DNA of 64,000 bases, from the IMG/VR virus record IMGVR_UViG_3300013094_000027, positions 28,019 through 92,018 of that record. The stretch is one strand, 5' to 3'. Positions within the stretch are counted from its first letter, which is position 1; every line of letters begins with the position of its first letter. This document shows, piece by piece, positions 30,154 to 40,953 of the stretch. The DNA is from a virus. Position numbers and translations under genes: made by a program. Below the pieces are notes generated by a model. It searched no databases. It was given only the letters and a program-made list of their open reading frames with translations, and was not told where the DNA came from.

Positions 30154-31416
30154 TTATCTTGAGAAAGGGTTTACAGGACGTGTTATTTTTGTGGCTCGTG
30201 ATGCATTTCCTCCATCATCAAATGATACAGATGATGACCTGTCACCTTGAGTTGTTTTCAACTTGCGTGCTGTTTCTTCTGCTTTAGCATTTGCACCTTT
30301 TTTAATTAAAGCTGCCTCATAACTTTCTTCATCTTGAAGAAGCCATAATACTTTAGCAATTTTTTGATAATTAGGTTCTTGATATTGATATTTTTCTAAC
30401 AAATGACCTAACATATTGGTGTTTCCACCAGAAATAGATTTGTAATTTGCATTTACAAGTCCATTATAAAGATTAGATTGTGTCTTAGAATCTATTTTAA
30501 TTCCTCCAATTTCTGAAGGTTTTAAAGCTTCGTATACATTTTGAACATATTGTTCAGCAGCTTTTCTGCGTTGTTCTGCAAATTGTTTTTGTTCTTCAAT
30601 TTGAGATTGAACATATTGTTCTTTTATTTTGTCCAATTTAGGTTTAAATTGAACAGCTTTTTTATCTATTAAATTAAGATCTTCCCACTCTTCGACTTGA
30701 TTCCGCACTTCTTCTTCAGTCCAATCAGCATAAGCATTTCTTAAATATTCAGAAACAATTTCTTTTTGATCTGATTCTTTAGAAGGATCTAGATCTTTTA
30801 TTTCTTGTACTTCGCCAAGTGCTTTGTATAAACCTTTTAAATCAGTACCACCGTTTGCAATATATTCGTAAGCAAGTTTAAAATCTTCAGGAAGCATATT
30901 ATAGAATTGAGTCGGAACTTCTTTCTTAATATTATCTTCTTTTAGTTTTAAATTTTCGTCTATTAATACATTAAGATCTTTGTTACTTAATTTTGAAAGA
31001 TATTCATCAATTGGTAACTTTTCATCATAATCATCAAAAGTTACAAAATCTTTAGATTCTATTTTATCTTTGATGTATTCAACAAGAGCCGACTTATCAG
31101 TTTTAGGTTTTCCTGTTGTGACTGGACGATCATCTACTGGTGCAGATCCATTATGTTCTGTTACAATAGAATTTAAAAGATCATCTTGTTGAGATTTTGC
31201 AGAATTACTAGTGTCTGGAGTTTTTACATCTTCAGGATTTTTTGCATCAGGAGTTTTTGTTGTGTCTTCTGTAGCATCAGGATCAAAATTAAAATCATCT
31301 GTTTGTCGTTTAAAAACAGATGATTGTGGTGGTGTTACCACATTTCCTCCACCAATTATCGGAAATCCATCAACATCAACTTCGATTTCTTGAAGATTTG
31401 TTTTATTTTCAGCCAT
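30154..31416 (-). CDS. Scaffold-like acidic protein (likely start MAENKT)
   Basis: Acidic disordered N-terminus, coiled coil; between portal and MCP. Confidence 0.7.
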   Translation of the reverse strand: MAENKTNLQEIEVDVDGFPIIGGGNVVTPPQSSVFKRQTDDFNFDPDATEDTTKTPDAKNPEDVKTPDTSNSAKSQQDDLLNSIVTEHNGSAPVDDRPVTTGKPKTDKSALVEYIKDKIESKDFVTFDDYDEKLPIDEYLSKLSNKDLNVLIDENLKLKEDNIKKEVPTQFYNMLPEDFKLAYEYIANGGTDLKGLYKALGEVQEIKDLDPSKESDQKEIVSEYLRNAYADWTEEEVRNQVEEWEDLNLIDKKAVQFKPKLDKIKEQYVQSQIEEQKQFAEQRRKAAEQYVQNVYEALKPSEIGGIKIDSKTQSNLYNGLVNANYKSISGGNTNMLGHLLEKYQYQEPNYQKIAKVLWLLQDEESYEAALIKKGANAKAEETARKLKTTQGDRSSSVSFDDGGNASRATKITRPVNPFSR

Positions 31417-31558
31417 AAAATATTGGTTTGTTACTAGTTTTTGGTAGGAATCAGTTATACTTACTGACAATTATAATATACTAAAAAAACTTGTCAAATG
31501 TATTTTTTAAATAAAAAATTATAATTTCTTTTACAGATATAACTAATACTTGATCTTT

Positions 31559-34303
31559 TTATTTATTTTTTGATTGTTTACTTGCTGCTGTACGTTTAAT
31601 ATGAAGTTCTTCTCTTGTACGCATGTTTTCAGCATCAATCTTTTTTTGTTGTAATTCACGATCTTTTTGACGATCTTGTATTTCGTTGTAATGCTTTTCA
31701 CGATCAAAATTCATTTGATCTGTCCATTGTTGTTGTTGTTGTAAATTCTTTTGTGCGTCTTGATAAGCACTTTCACTTACATCAGGAGACATTGTTGTTG
31801 CAGCACGACCAGAAGATACTATTTCGGCAATTAATATTTTAGCTTGTCGTTCCTTTTCATTTTGAATATCTTGATGATCCCACTCCATTTGTTTTAATTT
31901 TTCTTCTTGAGCAAGTTCTTCTTGATGTTGTTGTTGTTGCTGTTGCAATTCTTGTTCTTTTTCTTTTTGTAATCTTGCTTCAATTTCACTGATTTTATCA
32001 TTTAATTCTGCAAGATCTTCTACTTGACGAATTTTTGTAATATCAGGAAGAGTTGCTCCCATAGTATTATTTACTAAAAGAACTTGTTGTATATCTTTTA
32101 AGATTTGACGAGCATTAACATTTACCATAGGAAATATGTTAAGATCTCGTAATAAAAGTTTTGTGCCGTCTATATTAAATTGAATTTTTTGATTACTTGT
32201 TGTAGTATATTGTAAAGATACGCTTGGGTTTTTAGATTGATAATATTGAGCCAGTTCTGTTCTCATTTGATGCACTCTAGGCATTAAATAATCACAATGT
32301 TCAATAAATTGCATTTCTGTTTGATCATAACTCCTTCTAATAGATTCTTCATATTCTTTAGCAGAAGTTTCTTGACCTATAGGTTGTCCCATTCTATTTG
32401 CATTAAATCCTATAGAAGCTAAACCTTGCTGTTGAAAAAATGAAAATAGTTGCATTCGTGATTCAAGTCGTTTATATTGACTTAAATCTATTTGTTGATA
32501 ATGTTGAAAATTAATATTTCCACCTCTTTCAGACAAGTTTTGCAAAGAAGTATCCATTGGTAAAAAACCAAATTGTTTCATTGCTGTGTAAGCTTGTTGA
32601 TAAGGATTCATACCCCAATCTTCTCCCAACGAATGTTTTGGTAAAGCGTTTTGGTCAAATAATACTACAGGCCCTATTTCATCAACAAGAATATCTAATA
32701 TACCATTACCTACAGTATTCATACCTATTTGATAAGGCATTAATTTTGCAATCATTGGTACAGAAACAGTATTTCTATCACCAAAAACAGCACCCTCAAC
32801 AGGTAGTTTTACACCATAAAAATTATTATCACCTTTAAATTGAAAAGGTAATCTGCCAGGTTTATTTTTTGTAACACCTATGTACATAGGTTGCATACCT
32901 CCAGGGTTATTCATACCCCACCATGCCGGTCTATTAGGTCCTATTTTTATACCGCCATATACGTCATTGATCCAAAACCAATCTATGTGTTCACCATATG
33001 TTAGATTGTATTTTGTTTTTTCTTTATATACAGATGTGTCATAAACAGGTTTATCTGTTATTTTATAAAATTCATCTACAATATCTTCATTTGGTATGCC
33101 GTCAGGACCTATTTTTATAAGATGTCCAATTTTCCTAGCTGATTTCCAATAAATTGTAGAAACTCGCATTAGATTTGAATTACCAAAATCTTGCAAATCT
33201 TCAGAACCTAATAAAATAGTTTGTACAATATCTCCATTATTATATGCAATATCGTATTTAGAAATAAATTGTCTGTATGCTAAACCAGGCATTTGTACAT
33301 TCCATTCATGATCTCTTGACGCATCATAATATGAACCATCAGGATTTACGTTTCCTAAAAGATACCCTGCAGCACGTATTGGATAAATAGCTTCAACATT
33401 ACGAATTTGTTCTTCAGTCATTATCCAACCATACTTATCTATAATATCTGAAGCAGACATCAGATCTATATAACCTATCCAATTAGATTGTGATAACCAA
33501 CGTCTATCAGGTGATTTATGATAAAATGCTTGTAAAGGATTCCAAAGCTCTATTTCATAATCATCCTCTTTCATTTTAAAATGCCAGAATTCACAATCAA
33601 AAATAAGTTTGTCTCGAAACGCCCTTTCTTCTAGTTCATCAAAATGAAACCTCCTCATATCCACTTCCATTTGATGTTGAGCCCATTCCACATAAATATT
33701 TCTGTATCCTGTTCTATACCATTGTTGTAAATTAGGAAGTTGTTTTAAAGCGTCTGGTTGTAATTGTTGTTGTACTTGAGGATCATTTAAATTTTGACCA
33801 AGTTCTTGCAATTTTTGCATTGTTTTAAACTCAGCATCAGCAAGTAATATTTGTTCTAATTTATTTTGTTTATCTTCTTCCATTTCAGAAGTAGACTCAT
33901 CATCTATAGCAGTAAACATCAATTTTGTTTGACGCTTGCTAAATTCTGTTCTAAAAGAATCTATAATAGAAGGTATCCAAGGAAAAAATCGCAACTCTAA
34001 TAGATTTTGAGAATTATCCATTAAAGATTCGACCATATCTGAATTTATATTCTGTGGTCCTACAATATAATCTTGTCTATCAATAATACCTTTTGCAGCT
34101 TTTTCCCAACGCAATAACTTAGGAGCTCTCCTTTGAAGTTGTTTGATACCTTGCCATTCAAAAAAATCCATGCACCAACCAAGCCATTGTTCATCCTTTT
34201 CATTTTCAGGAATCATCTGCAGGGGTTGCACGAGGACGCCCATTCGATTATAAGAAGCCTTGGTCCCTTTTTTCAAATCTAAAGCATTGAGAATGCGTGC
34301 CAT
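31559..34303 (-). CDS. Portal protein
   Basis: 914 aa, between TerL and scaffold; long Q/E coiled-coil C-terminus; motifs recalled from crAss-like portals. Confidence 0.85.
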   Translation of the reverse strand: MARILNALDLKKGTKASYNRMGVLVQPLQMIPENEKDEQWLGWCMDFFEWQGIKQLQRRAPKLLRWEKAAKGIIDRQDYIVGPQNINSDMVESLMDNSQNLLELRFFPWIPSIIDSFRTEFSKRQTKLMFTAIDDESTSEMEEDKQNKLEQILLADAEFKTMQKLQELGQNLNDPQVQQQLQPDALKQLPNLQQWYRTGYRNIYVEWAQHQMEVDMRRFHFDELEERAFRDKLIFDCEFWHFKMKEDDYEIELWNPLQAFYHKSPDRRWLSQSNWIGYIDLMSASDIIDKYGWIMTEEQIRNVEAIYPIRAAGYLLGNVNPDGSYYDASRDHEWNVQMPGLAYRQFISKYDIAYNNGDIVQTILLGSEDLQDFGNSNLMRVSTIYWKSARKIGHLIKIGPDGIPNEDIVDEFYKITDKPVYDTSVYKEKTKYNLTYGEHIDWFWINDVYGGIKIGPNRPAWWGMNNPGGMQPMYIGVTKNKPGRLPFQFKGDNNFYGVKLPVEGAVFGDRNTVSVPMIAKLMPYQIGMNTVGNGILDILVDEIGPVVLFDQNALPKHSLGEDWGMNPYQQAYTAMKQFGFLPMDTSLQNLSERGGNINFQHYQQIDLSQYKRLESRMQLFSFFQQQGLASIGFNANRMGQPIGQETSAKEYEESIRRSYDQTEMQFIEHCDYLMPRVHQMRTELAQYYQSKNPSVSLQYTTTSNQKIQFNIDGTKLLLRDLNIFPMVNVNARQILKDIQQVLLVNNTMGATLPDITKIRQVEDLAELNDKISEIEARLQKEKEQELQQQQQQHQEELAQEEKLKQMEWDHQDIQNEKERQAKILIAEIVSSGRAATTMSPDVSESAYQDAQKNLQQQQQWTDQMNFDREKHYNEIQDRQKDRELQQKKIDAENMRTREELHIKRTAASKQSKNK

Positions 34304-34325
34304 ATATATGATATATTTTTATTAA

Positions 34326-35189
34326 TTAAATTAATTTTAAATTTGTTTTATTTTTATTTAAACCTTTCAATTGTTTATATAAACACATATATTTATATCC
34401 AAGTTTATTACTTGCATCTTGAATTGATTCAAATATTTCTTGCGTATCTATATTAATAACTTTATCACCATTTTTATTTAGTGAATTTTTAATACCCTCT
34501 TTTATTTTATTTCTAATTTCTTCGGTAAATATTTTGTTTTTACCCGCAACCCTCATTTTTTCTATAGTTTCAAGAGATCGTTTTTTACCTAACCAATTTC
34601 CAGGTTTTCCTAATTTAGCCTTTGAGAGTTTTTCTTTATGTTCTTTAGATAGTTGTTTGCCTTTAAGTTTTTCTGCAATTTTATTTTTGGTTTCTTCAGA
34701 TTTTGTCTTACCAAATTGTGGATGATTTTCACCAGAATTGATTTTAGATAAATATTTCTTAAATTCTTCTGTATTTTTAGGTTTTCCCAATTGTGACTTC
34801 CTACTTTTTTCTCTTGATTCGAGTGTTACAATATGTCCTTTAAGAGCTTTAGATTGTTTTTCACGAGTTTCTTTTGTAGGTTTGTATCCAAGACTGCCTT
34901 CGCCACCATCTGTTAAATTTGCTAAAGTTCCTATACCTAAATCTATTCTTTCATAAAGTTTTATAAATTCAATTTCTTTAAGTTTTGCTTCCTCAAAAGA
35001 TAAATCTTCTAACATTATTTCTACTTCGTAGTTTCCATTATTTTTAGCAACTATCTTTTTCCAAATATCATTTCTACCTACTTTACAATAGGCACGAGAT
35101 TTCTTCTTTCCTAATCCCACATAAAACACTTCATCCTTATCAGGTCTGATGTGTCTGTAGAGTATGTATTTATTTTCTTCTTTATTCAT
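34326..35189 (-). mobile_element. Free-standing GIY-YIG homing endonuclease with NUMOD3 repeats
   Basis: YILYRH...FYVGLG...RA, E helix, NLTDGGEG; repeated [HKS]xxETKxK[IL]S units; NUMOD1-like FESIQDAS. Confidence 0.88.
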
Positions 35190-35565
35190 TGATTTCTCCT
35201 AAATTATGTACATCTATTATCATACCGTTTTTAACAGCATTTTCCAAATCTTCTTTTGACATAAATGAATTTCCCCCAATAACTGTTATTTGTTCTAATT
35301 CTGATTCTGTCAATTTATGCATTCCATACAAAAAATTTGAAGGACAATATTCAAATTCAGAAACAGATCCGTCTGATGATTGTGATACAATAGGCGTACA
35401 TGTTTTTGGTCTTTCTAAAGGAAAAGCACTTTCTCCATCTTCATTACGAATTCTTTCTTCAGAATAGATAATGCGCTGTATTTCAAAAATTTTTTTAGAA
35501 AATGAATGATTTATTTCTTCAAGGTCTGTTAACAGTTTTTTAACGTATTCTTTGTTATTAATCAT
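35182..35565 (-). CDS. Hypothetical protein
   Basis: 127 aa, packed between TerL and the endonuclease. Confidence 0.55.
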   Translation of the reverse strand: MINNKEYVKKLLTDLEEINHSFSKKIFEIQRIIYSEERIRNEDGESAFPLERPKTCTPIVSQSSDGSVSEFEYCPSNFLYGMHKLTESELEQITVIGGNSFMSKEDLENAVKNGMIIDVHNLGEINE

Positions 35566-35576
35566 AATTATTAATT

Positions 35577-37862
35577 TTAACGAAAGTTTTTAAATCCAAA
35601 AGCAGGTTTTGACCAAGGATTCACCTTTTTAGTTTGTTCAGGTCCCATTATAAATGTACGTAATTTATTTGGTTTGTCCAAATCTTTTATTTTTTCTACT
35701 GTTTTTCTAAAACCTCTGTTTGCATTTTCTATTGTTACAAAAGCAACTAATGCTGCAAAAGCAACTAATCTGTCATAGTTTCCTTTTTCATCGTCATATT
35801 CTTGCATTTCACGTAAAAGCATTATATCAGGAATACGCTCTACTCCATAAATTGTTTTAACTACTTCACCATTTTCTTTAGTAATAGTGTCTAATTCTTC
35901 TTTTAAATAGTTTATAACATATGAAAGCAAATGTAAAAAAACAGGAGTTGAATTTTTCCAGCCATATTCTTGAAAAGTTTCAGATACTCCTTTCATATCT
36001 TTGTTAAAAGACAAAAGCCTTTCTCTTGAAACCAATCTATGTTGTTTTCTTCTATGTTGCATATATGTAATAAACTCAGATACGTTTGCTTCACATATAA
36101 TTTGTGCGTTGTAAAGATCACTCATCATTTCTAACAACTCATGAGTTTTCTTTAAATCATCATATCTTCCACACCACGAGGCAACAATTTTACCACGTTC
36201 TAAAAAAGTTTCAACATTATTTCCTTCTATTTTAGTTAGTTCAGAATCTGTTTTATAAACATATGTTGAACATAAAGATTCTGAACTAACAGAGCGACCT
36301 TCTTTAACAGGATCGACAGACATATAATAAGTACCCCAATCAGCATTTGCTTTTATAGGACGTTCGTAAATACAAACAACACTTGTTTTGTCTTCTAAAG
36401 ATCTTATTTTGTTTCCTAATATACTTATAGGAGATTTATGTGTTGATTTTATTTCAACATTACCATCTTTATCTCTTACAAGATTTACAGTTTCTATTGG
36501 GTAATTATGTTCTTCTATTCTTAGAATTTGTGCATTTATTAAATTTAATGGAAATTTTGATTCTTTTCTATAAGCAAATGCTTCATGTATATTTATAGGT
36601 TTTTGTGAAATACGTAATTGATATTTTTCTGGAGACAATCCTTTTTTCCATTCTTTTCTTTCTTTAAGAATAGCTTCTAAAGAGCCTATATTATAATCAA
36701 AATTTTCAATTCCTCTTTTAATACAGTTTTCTTTTATATCTTCTATTTGTTGTTTTGTCGGAGTGTCTATAATAGAATTTCCATAACGATCTATATATGG
36801 AAACATAGACCATTGTTCAGGAATAAATAATCCAGCATATCCTACAGTACCTTTATCGTCTAATAAATCTGTTTCTACAGCATAAATTGAATTTGGTATA
36901 GGATTTAAAATCATTTCTTTTAATGGTTTACATTGATCCAAATCACCAACAGATCCTGCAGCAATAAACAATCCTGTAGTTATCATACCACTTGATAATG
37001 CTGGACGAATAAATTCGTATGTTGTATCCATTTTTGGGGCAATTCCTGCCTCTTCATGATAAAATATAGATATATTACCACCCACACCTGCTGTAGGATC
37101 CTTTTCAAAAGAATGTCCTATTATAGTAGATTGATTTCCTTGATATACATCTTTATCTCCAATACGAATTTTTTGACGTTGTTGCCATGTTAAAACTTTA
37201 TCAGGATCTGATTCTCGATACCAACCTGTATTTTTATTTAAAAAGTTTTTATATTCATTTAAAAATTTCCATGCTCCTTTTTCATTTATATAATCTTTAA
37301 GAGAAGCACCCATTTTTAAAGTTTGTCCTTTTTCAAACCAATATCTATTTATTAGTTTTGCTGCTTTCATATAAGTATTGCCCCATTGTCTCTTCTTAAG
37401 CTCTGCAGCATGTTTGTAATGTAACTCAGCTAAAAGTTCATATAAATGTGCATGATATTGACTATCCCATATTTCAGGAAAATCATATGCTTTTTTTTCT
37501 TTATCGTATATTGGCAAAAAGTTTATCCAAAAATAATAATCTCTTGTTAGATACCATTTTTTGCCATACTTATTAATAAATATTACACCATTTCTACATT
37601 TTGATTTTTCTGAAAGAATAAATTCATTTTCTAAAGCACCCCAATAATTTATCCAATCTTTTGAATTTTCGGGAGAAATAGTATATATTTTTTCTTTATT
37701 AAATTTTTTTGCCTGTTCATTAAAATAAAAAGTAGTTTCATCAAATTCATATTCACCTGGCTTTTTAAAAACAGATAATACAAAAGTTTTAAATTCTTCT
37801 CTTGTTTGAAATACCGTAGTATCCCATTTACCATTATTCCAAGTAGGTACTTCTATAAACAT
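35577..37862 (-). CDS. terL: Terminase large subunit
   Basis: LKKRQWG Walker A-like, FYHEEAG Walker B, nuclease SVDPV and NYDRLVA. Confidence 0.92.
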   Translation of the reverse strand: MFIEVPTWNNGKWDTTVFQTREEFKTFVLSVFKKPGEYEFDETTFYFNEQAKKFNKEKIYTISPENSKDWINYWGALENEFILSEKSKCRNGVIFINKYGKKWYLTRDYYFWINFLPIYDKEKKAYDFPEIWDSQYHAHLYELLAELHYKHAAELKKRQWGNTYMKAAKLINRYWFEKGQTLKMGASLKDYINEKGAWKFLNEYKNFLNKNTGWYRESDPDKVLTWQQRQKIRIGDKDVYQGNQSTIIGHSFEKDPTAGVGGNISIFYHEEAGIAPKMDTTYEFIRPALSSGMITTGLFIAAGSVGDLDQCKPLKEMILNPIPNSIYAVETDLLDDKGTVGYAGLFIPEQWSMFPYIDRYGNSIIDTPTKQQIEDIKENCIKRGIENFDYNIGSLEAILKERKEWKKGLSPEKYQLRISQKPINIHEAFAYRKESKFPLNLINAQILRIEEHNYPIETVNLVRDKDGNVEIKSTHKSPISILGNKIRSLEDKTSVVCIYERPIKANADWGTYYMSVDPVKEGRSVSSESLCSTYVYKTDSELTKIEGNNVETFLERGKIVASWCGRYDDLKKTHELLEMMSDLYNAQIICEANVSEFITYMQHRRKQHRLVSRERLLSFNKDMKGVSETFQEYGWKNSTPVFLHLLSYVINYLKEELDTITKENGEVVKTIYGVERIPDIMLLREMQEYDDEKGNYDRLVAFAALVAFVTIENANRGFRKTVEKIKDLDKPNKLRTFIMGPEQTKKVNPWSKPAFGFKNFR

Positions 37863-37873
37863 GTTTATTTATT

Positions 37874-38491
37874 TTAAGGTATAAAATTTTCAGTATGCCG
37901 ATTGTATCCTATATGGTAGCAACTAGTATTTAAAGAAGAAACTACTTTATAATTAAATTTTTTACTATGTTGCATACAATCAAACTCTTCTCCAAATTCT
38001 TGCAATCCGTTTGGAAACATTTTTAAATAATCTGATTTATATCTTAAACCAGGATTCCAAGAATATCCATTCCATTCTTGCCAAATCGGTAAAGAACCGT
38101 CCTCATTACATTTATGAGGTGTATCCCATGAATGTCTTACCCATACCTGATTAATAGTTTTATCTTTCATTATAGACAAAGAATCTTCTATAAATCCTGG
38201 TCTATCAAATTCCCAATCGTCTTCTAAGTGAAAAATATATTCATTAGAAGCATTTGTAAAAAGAATATCTAGTGATTTAGATAATCCAATATGATTGTTG
38301 TGAAAAATTTTAAATTTATCACCGTATAAATCATATAGTTCTTTTGCTATAGCACTATTTCCTGAATCATCAGTCATTAAAAATTCAGCAATCGGATATG
38401 TATTATATTTAAAAAAACTATCTAATGTTCTTTTAAGTAAATCCAATCTTGCACATGTTGTTATTGTTACTGTTATTGGTATGTTATTCAT
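37874..38491 (-). CDS. Glycosyltransferase, GT-A/GT2-like (likely start MNNIPI)
   Basis: TITTCAR, TDDS, FHLEDDW, terminal HIG. Confidence 0.85.
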   Translation of the reverse strand: MNNIPITVTITTCARLDLLKRTLDSFFKYNTYPIAEFLMTDDSGNSAIAKELYDLYGDKFKIFHNNHIGLSKSLDILFTNASNEYIFHLEDDWEFDRPGFIEDSLSIMKDKTINQVWVRHSWDTPHKCNEDGSLPIWQEWNGYSWNPGLRYKSDYLKMFPNGLQEFGEEFDCMQHSKKFNYKVVSSLNTSCYHIGYNRHTENFIP

Positions 38492-39191
38492 GTAAAATAA
38501 ATTTTGGATTAACAAATTCTCTTATTCCGTCTAAATTTGTATCTATTGGTGTTCTATTATATATGTGAATTTTTGTTGCTTTGATAGGTAATGTTTCAAT
38601 CATAAATAAATTAGATGTAGAAACAGTATGAATTTCTTCAGCATTTTCTATAATTTTACTCCAATCAAGCAATGTATATCCCGGAATATTTGTCATATAA
38701 ACTTTATTTGCAAAATCATTTTCAAGATTAATATCTATTTTACCACCACTAAAATATTCATTAATTAAAATATAAGGTTCTTGTAAATTTAACAAGTTAT
38801 ATAATAAATTTTCTTTTTGAAAATTCCTATTCCATTTTAATGTTTTCCAAAGATCTGTTGATAAATTTAATAATCTGTATTTATCTAACATTGTGTGTAA
38901 TTGATCACTACAATCATATTTACTTGAAAGATTTCTAACTATTGGATTTGCAAATCTTAAAGGTAAAAACTGCATACCATCATACTCTCCAAAAGAATCT
39001 TTTTCAAAATCAATAGGATATTGACTAGTTTTTTTAAATTGTATATAAGGAATATATTCTTGTATCCAATAAAATTCGTCATGAATTACCCAAATTACTT
39101 CAGAATTATCTTTTTCAATAAGGTGTCTTGCTAACGGTTCACAAAAAAGAATGTCACCTAAACCTCTTGGTTGATTTATCAAATATCTCAT
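38484..39191 (-). CDS. Glycosyltransferase, GT-B (GT9-like)
   Basis: RGLGDIL start and IIENAEEIHTVSTS motif. Confidence 0.7.
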   Translation of the reverse strand: MRYLINQPRGLGDILFCEPLARHLIEKDNSEVIWVIHDEFYWIQEYIPYIQFKKTSQYPIDFEKDSFGEYDGMQFLPLRFANPIVRNLSSKYDCSDQLHTMLDKYRLLNLSTDLWKTLKWNRNFQKENLLYNLLNLQEPYILINEYFSGGKIDINLENDFANKVYMTNIPGYTLLDWSKIIENAEEIHTVSTSNLFMIETLPIKATKIHIYNRTPIDTNLDGIREFVNPKFILHE

Positions 39192-39193
39192 AT

Positions 39194-39682
39194 TTAAAAT
39201 TTTTCAGCAACAATCATAAAAGAATTATTCAAATCTTCTCCAGAAAAAAATATATTTGTATAATTATTATCTTTTAAATAATCGTTTAAAATTTCTGGAG
39301 TCAATATATTAACATGTTTTCTGTTATACCAAGGTCGCCAATATGTTTGACTATATGCCGGAAGATACAAAAATAATATACCGCCTGATTTAAGTTTTTG
39401 TCCCCAATAATTTAAATGAGAAACCCAATCTGGCAGATGTTCTAAACAATGTGAACTAAATATGTAATCTAAATTTTCATACGGAAAATTCAAAGAATCA
39501 TATTCTGTAAAAGCAGGATCTACAGGGTTTGCTCCCGGAAACATCCATTCTTTTTTTGCACATCCAATATCAACACCATAACCTTTACAAAAATGTAAAG
39601 CATATGGTATCGCAAATTGTGATGCATTTCCTTTAGATTGAAATAAAGGATAATTTTTTTCTTTGTGTTTTATTAGTTCCAT
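39194..39682 (-). CDS. Class I SAM-dependent methyltransferase
   Basis: VDIGCA, DYIFSSHCLEH, LKSGGILFLYLP. Confidence 0.9.
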   Translation of the reverse strand: MELIKHKEKNYPLFQSKGNASQFAIPYALHFCKGYGVDIGCAKKEWMFPGANPVDPAFTEYDSLNFPYENLDYIFSSHCLEHLPDWVSHLNYWGQKLKSGGILFLYLPAYSQTYWRPWYNRKHVNILTPEILNDYLKDNNYTNIFFSGEDLNNSFMIVAEKF

Positions 39683-40378
39683 TTATCTTATAATTTTATA
39701 ATTTTCATCAGTTAAACTCCTTCTATAACCTTCTCTAATGTCATTTTCTTCTGCTAAATAATGATTTCCCCAACCTTGTTTTTTATTTAATTCACTTAAT
39801 CTTGATTTACTATTTCTATATTTTTGAACTAAATATTCTTCATTAATTGCTTTCATATGATAAAGTTTAAAAAAAGAATTACATTTTTTAATATTTCCTA
39901 TAGGGTTACAAAAATGAGCACCGACAGTATAATTAATTTCTTTAATATCTTTTGGAGAAAAGATGCAATATTTATCTTCAGAAACAAGTCTATGCCCTCT
40001 ATTTATTTGTAAAGGATTTTGTGTTCCATCACCTACCATATTCCAACCTTCACATTGAACAATAGTATTTCCTTTTAATTCATCTAAATTGATTTCTATA
40101 AATTCATCACAATCAATTACTATTACAAAATCAGATTTAGAATTTTTCCAAATATTGTTTTTAAATTCTAATAACAAGTCGTCTCTTATTTCACCACCTG
40201 TTTCATATACTCCTAAATTACATTTTAATTTTTTAATAACATTTATGGTATCGTCTGTTGAACCATTGTCATAAAAATTAAATATAATATTATTATTTGT
40301 TTTTTGTTTGTAAAACTCAACCAAATAAGGTATTAAATATTCTTCATTATAAACTGGACAAAATAGTTCAAAAGTCAT
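39683..40378 (-). CDS. GT2-like glycosyltransferase (type A, copy 1)
   Basis: PVYNEE, YDNGSTD, VIDCDEF. Confidence 0.88.
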   Translation of the reverse strand: MTFELFCPVYNEEYLIPYLVEFYKQKTNNNIIFNFYDNGSTDDTINVIKKLKCNLGVYETGGEIRDDLLLEFKNNIWKNSKSDFVIVIDCDEFIEINLDELKGNTIVQCEGWNMVGDGTQNPLQINRGHRLVSEDKYCIFSPKDIKEINYTVGAHFCNPIGNIKKCNSFFKLYHMKAINEEYLVQKYRNSKSRLSELNKKQGWGNHYLAEENDIREGYRRSLTDENYKIIR

Positions 40379-40953
40379 TAGTTATGAATTGTTAAAATGT
40401 TAGCGATTTTTGTTTGATTTTTAAACAAATCAAGTTGAATTCCTTTTTGTAACGTCAACCAATCTGCACAATATTCTTGAGGATGTGGTATAGAAATTTG
40501 TTTTGCTATAGAAGTTTTTAAACAAAAGTTTCCCCAATCAATATAATTTTGTTGTAATTTAACATCCAATGGTTCGTATCCTGAAAGATGGTTGATGGAA
40601 TCCCACATGCAAATATCTGCGTTTGTTTCTTGTAATCTTTCAATTATAAGTTTTGTTGCCCAAGATAAAAAATAATCTTGAATAGATGTTTGTATGACAA
40701 AATCTGTATTTACGTATTCTAATGCTGCAACTCGATTATATGTACCATAACATCCTGTATCTATATCTGAATATAAATACATAATTCTGGGATCTTTATA
40801 TAACTTTACCCAATTTTCTATATCTAAATTAGGTCCGTTATGAATAACAATAAGTTTCCAGTTTGGATTTTCTTGCATAATAAGTGAATCCACAAGAACT
40901 CTGTTTGATAATATTTCATTAAATGCCGGGGCTATGAAAGTAACACCTATCAT
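40378..40953 (-). CDS. GT2-like glycosyltransferase (type B, copy 1; atypical DxD)
   Basis: QENPNWKLIVIHNGP, QTSIQDY, IDWGNF, ADW. Confidence 0.8.
   Translation of the reverse strand: MIGVTFIAPAFNEILSNRVLVDSLIMQENPNWKLIVIHNGPNLDIENWVKLYKDPRIMYLYSDIDTGCYGTYNRVAALEYVNTDFVIQTSIQDYFLSWATKLIIERLQETNADICMWDSINHLSGYEPLDVKLQQNYIDWGNFCLKTSIAKQISIPHPQEYCADWLTLQKGIQLDLFKNQTKIANILTIHN

Noticed and set aside
34326-35189. Group I intron around the GIY-YIG ORF
   Set aside because: terL and portal are each complete and the flanks are too short for an intron core
35577-37862. Intein in the terminase
   Set aside because: No C-terminal HN/C-S-T junction or LAGLIDADG block is evident and the length is ordinary
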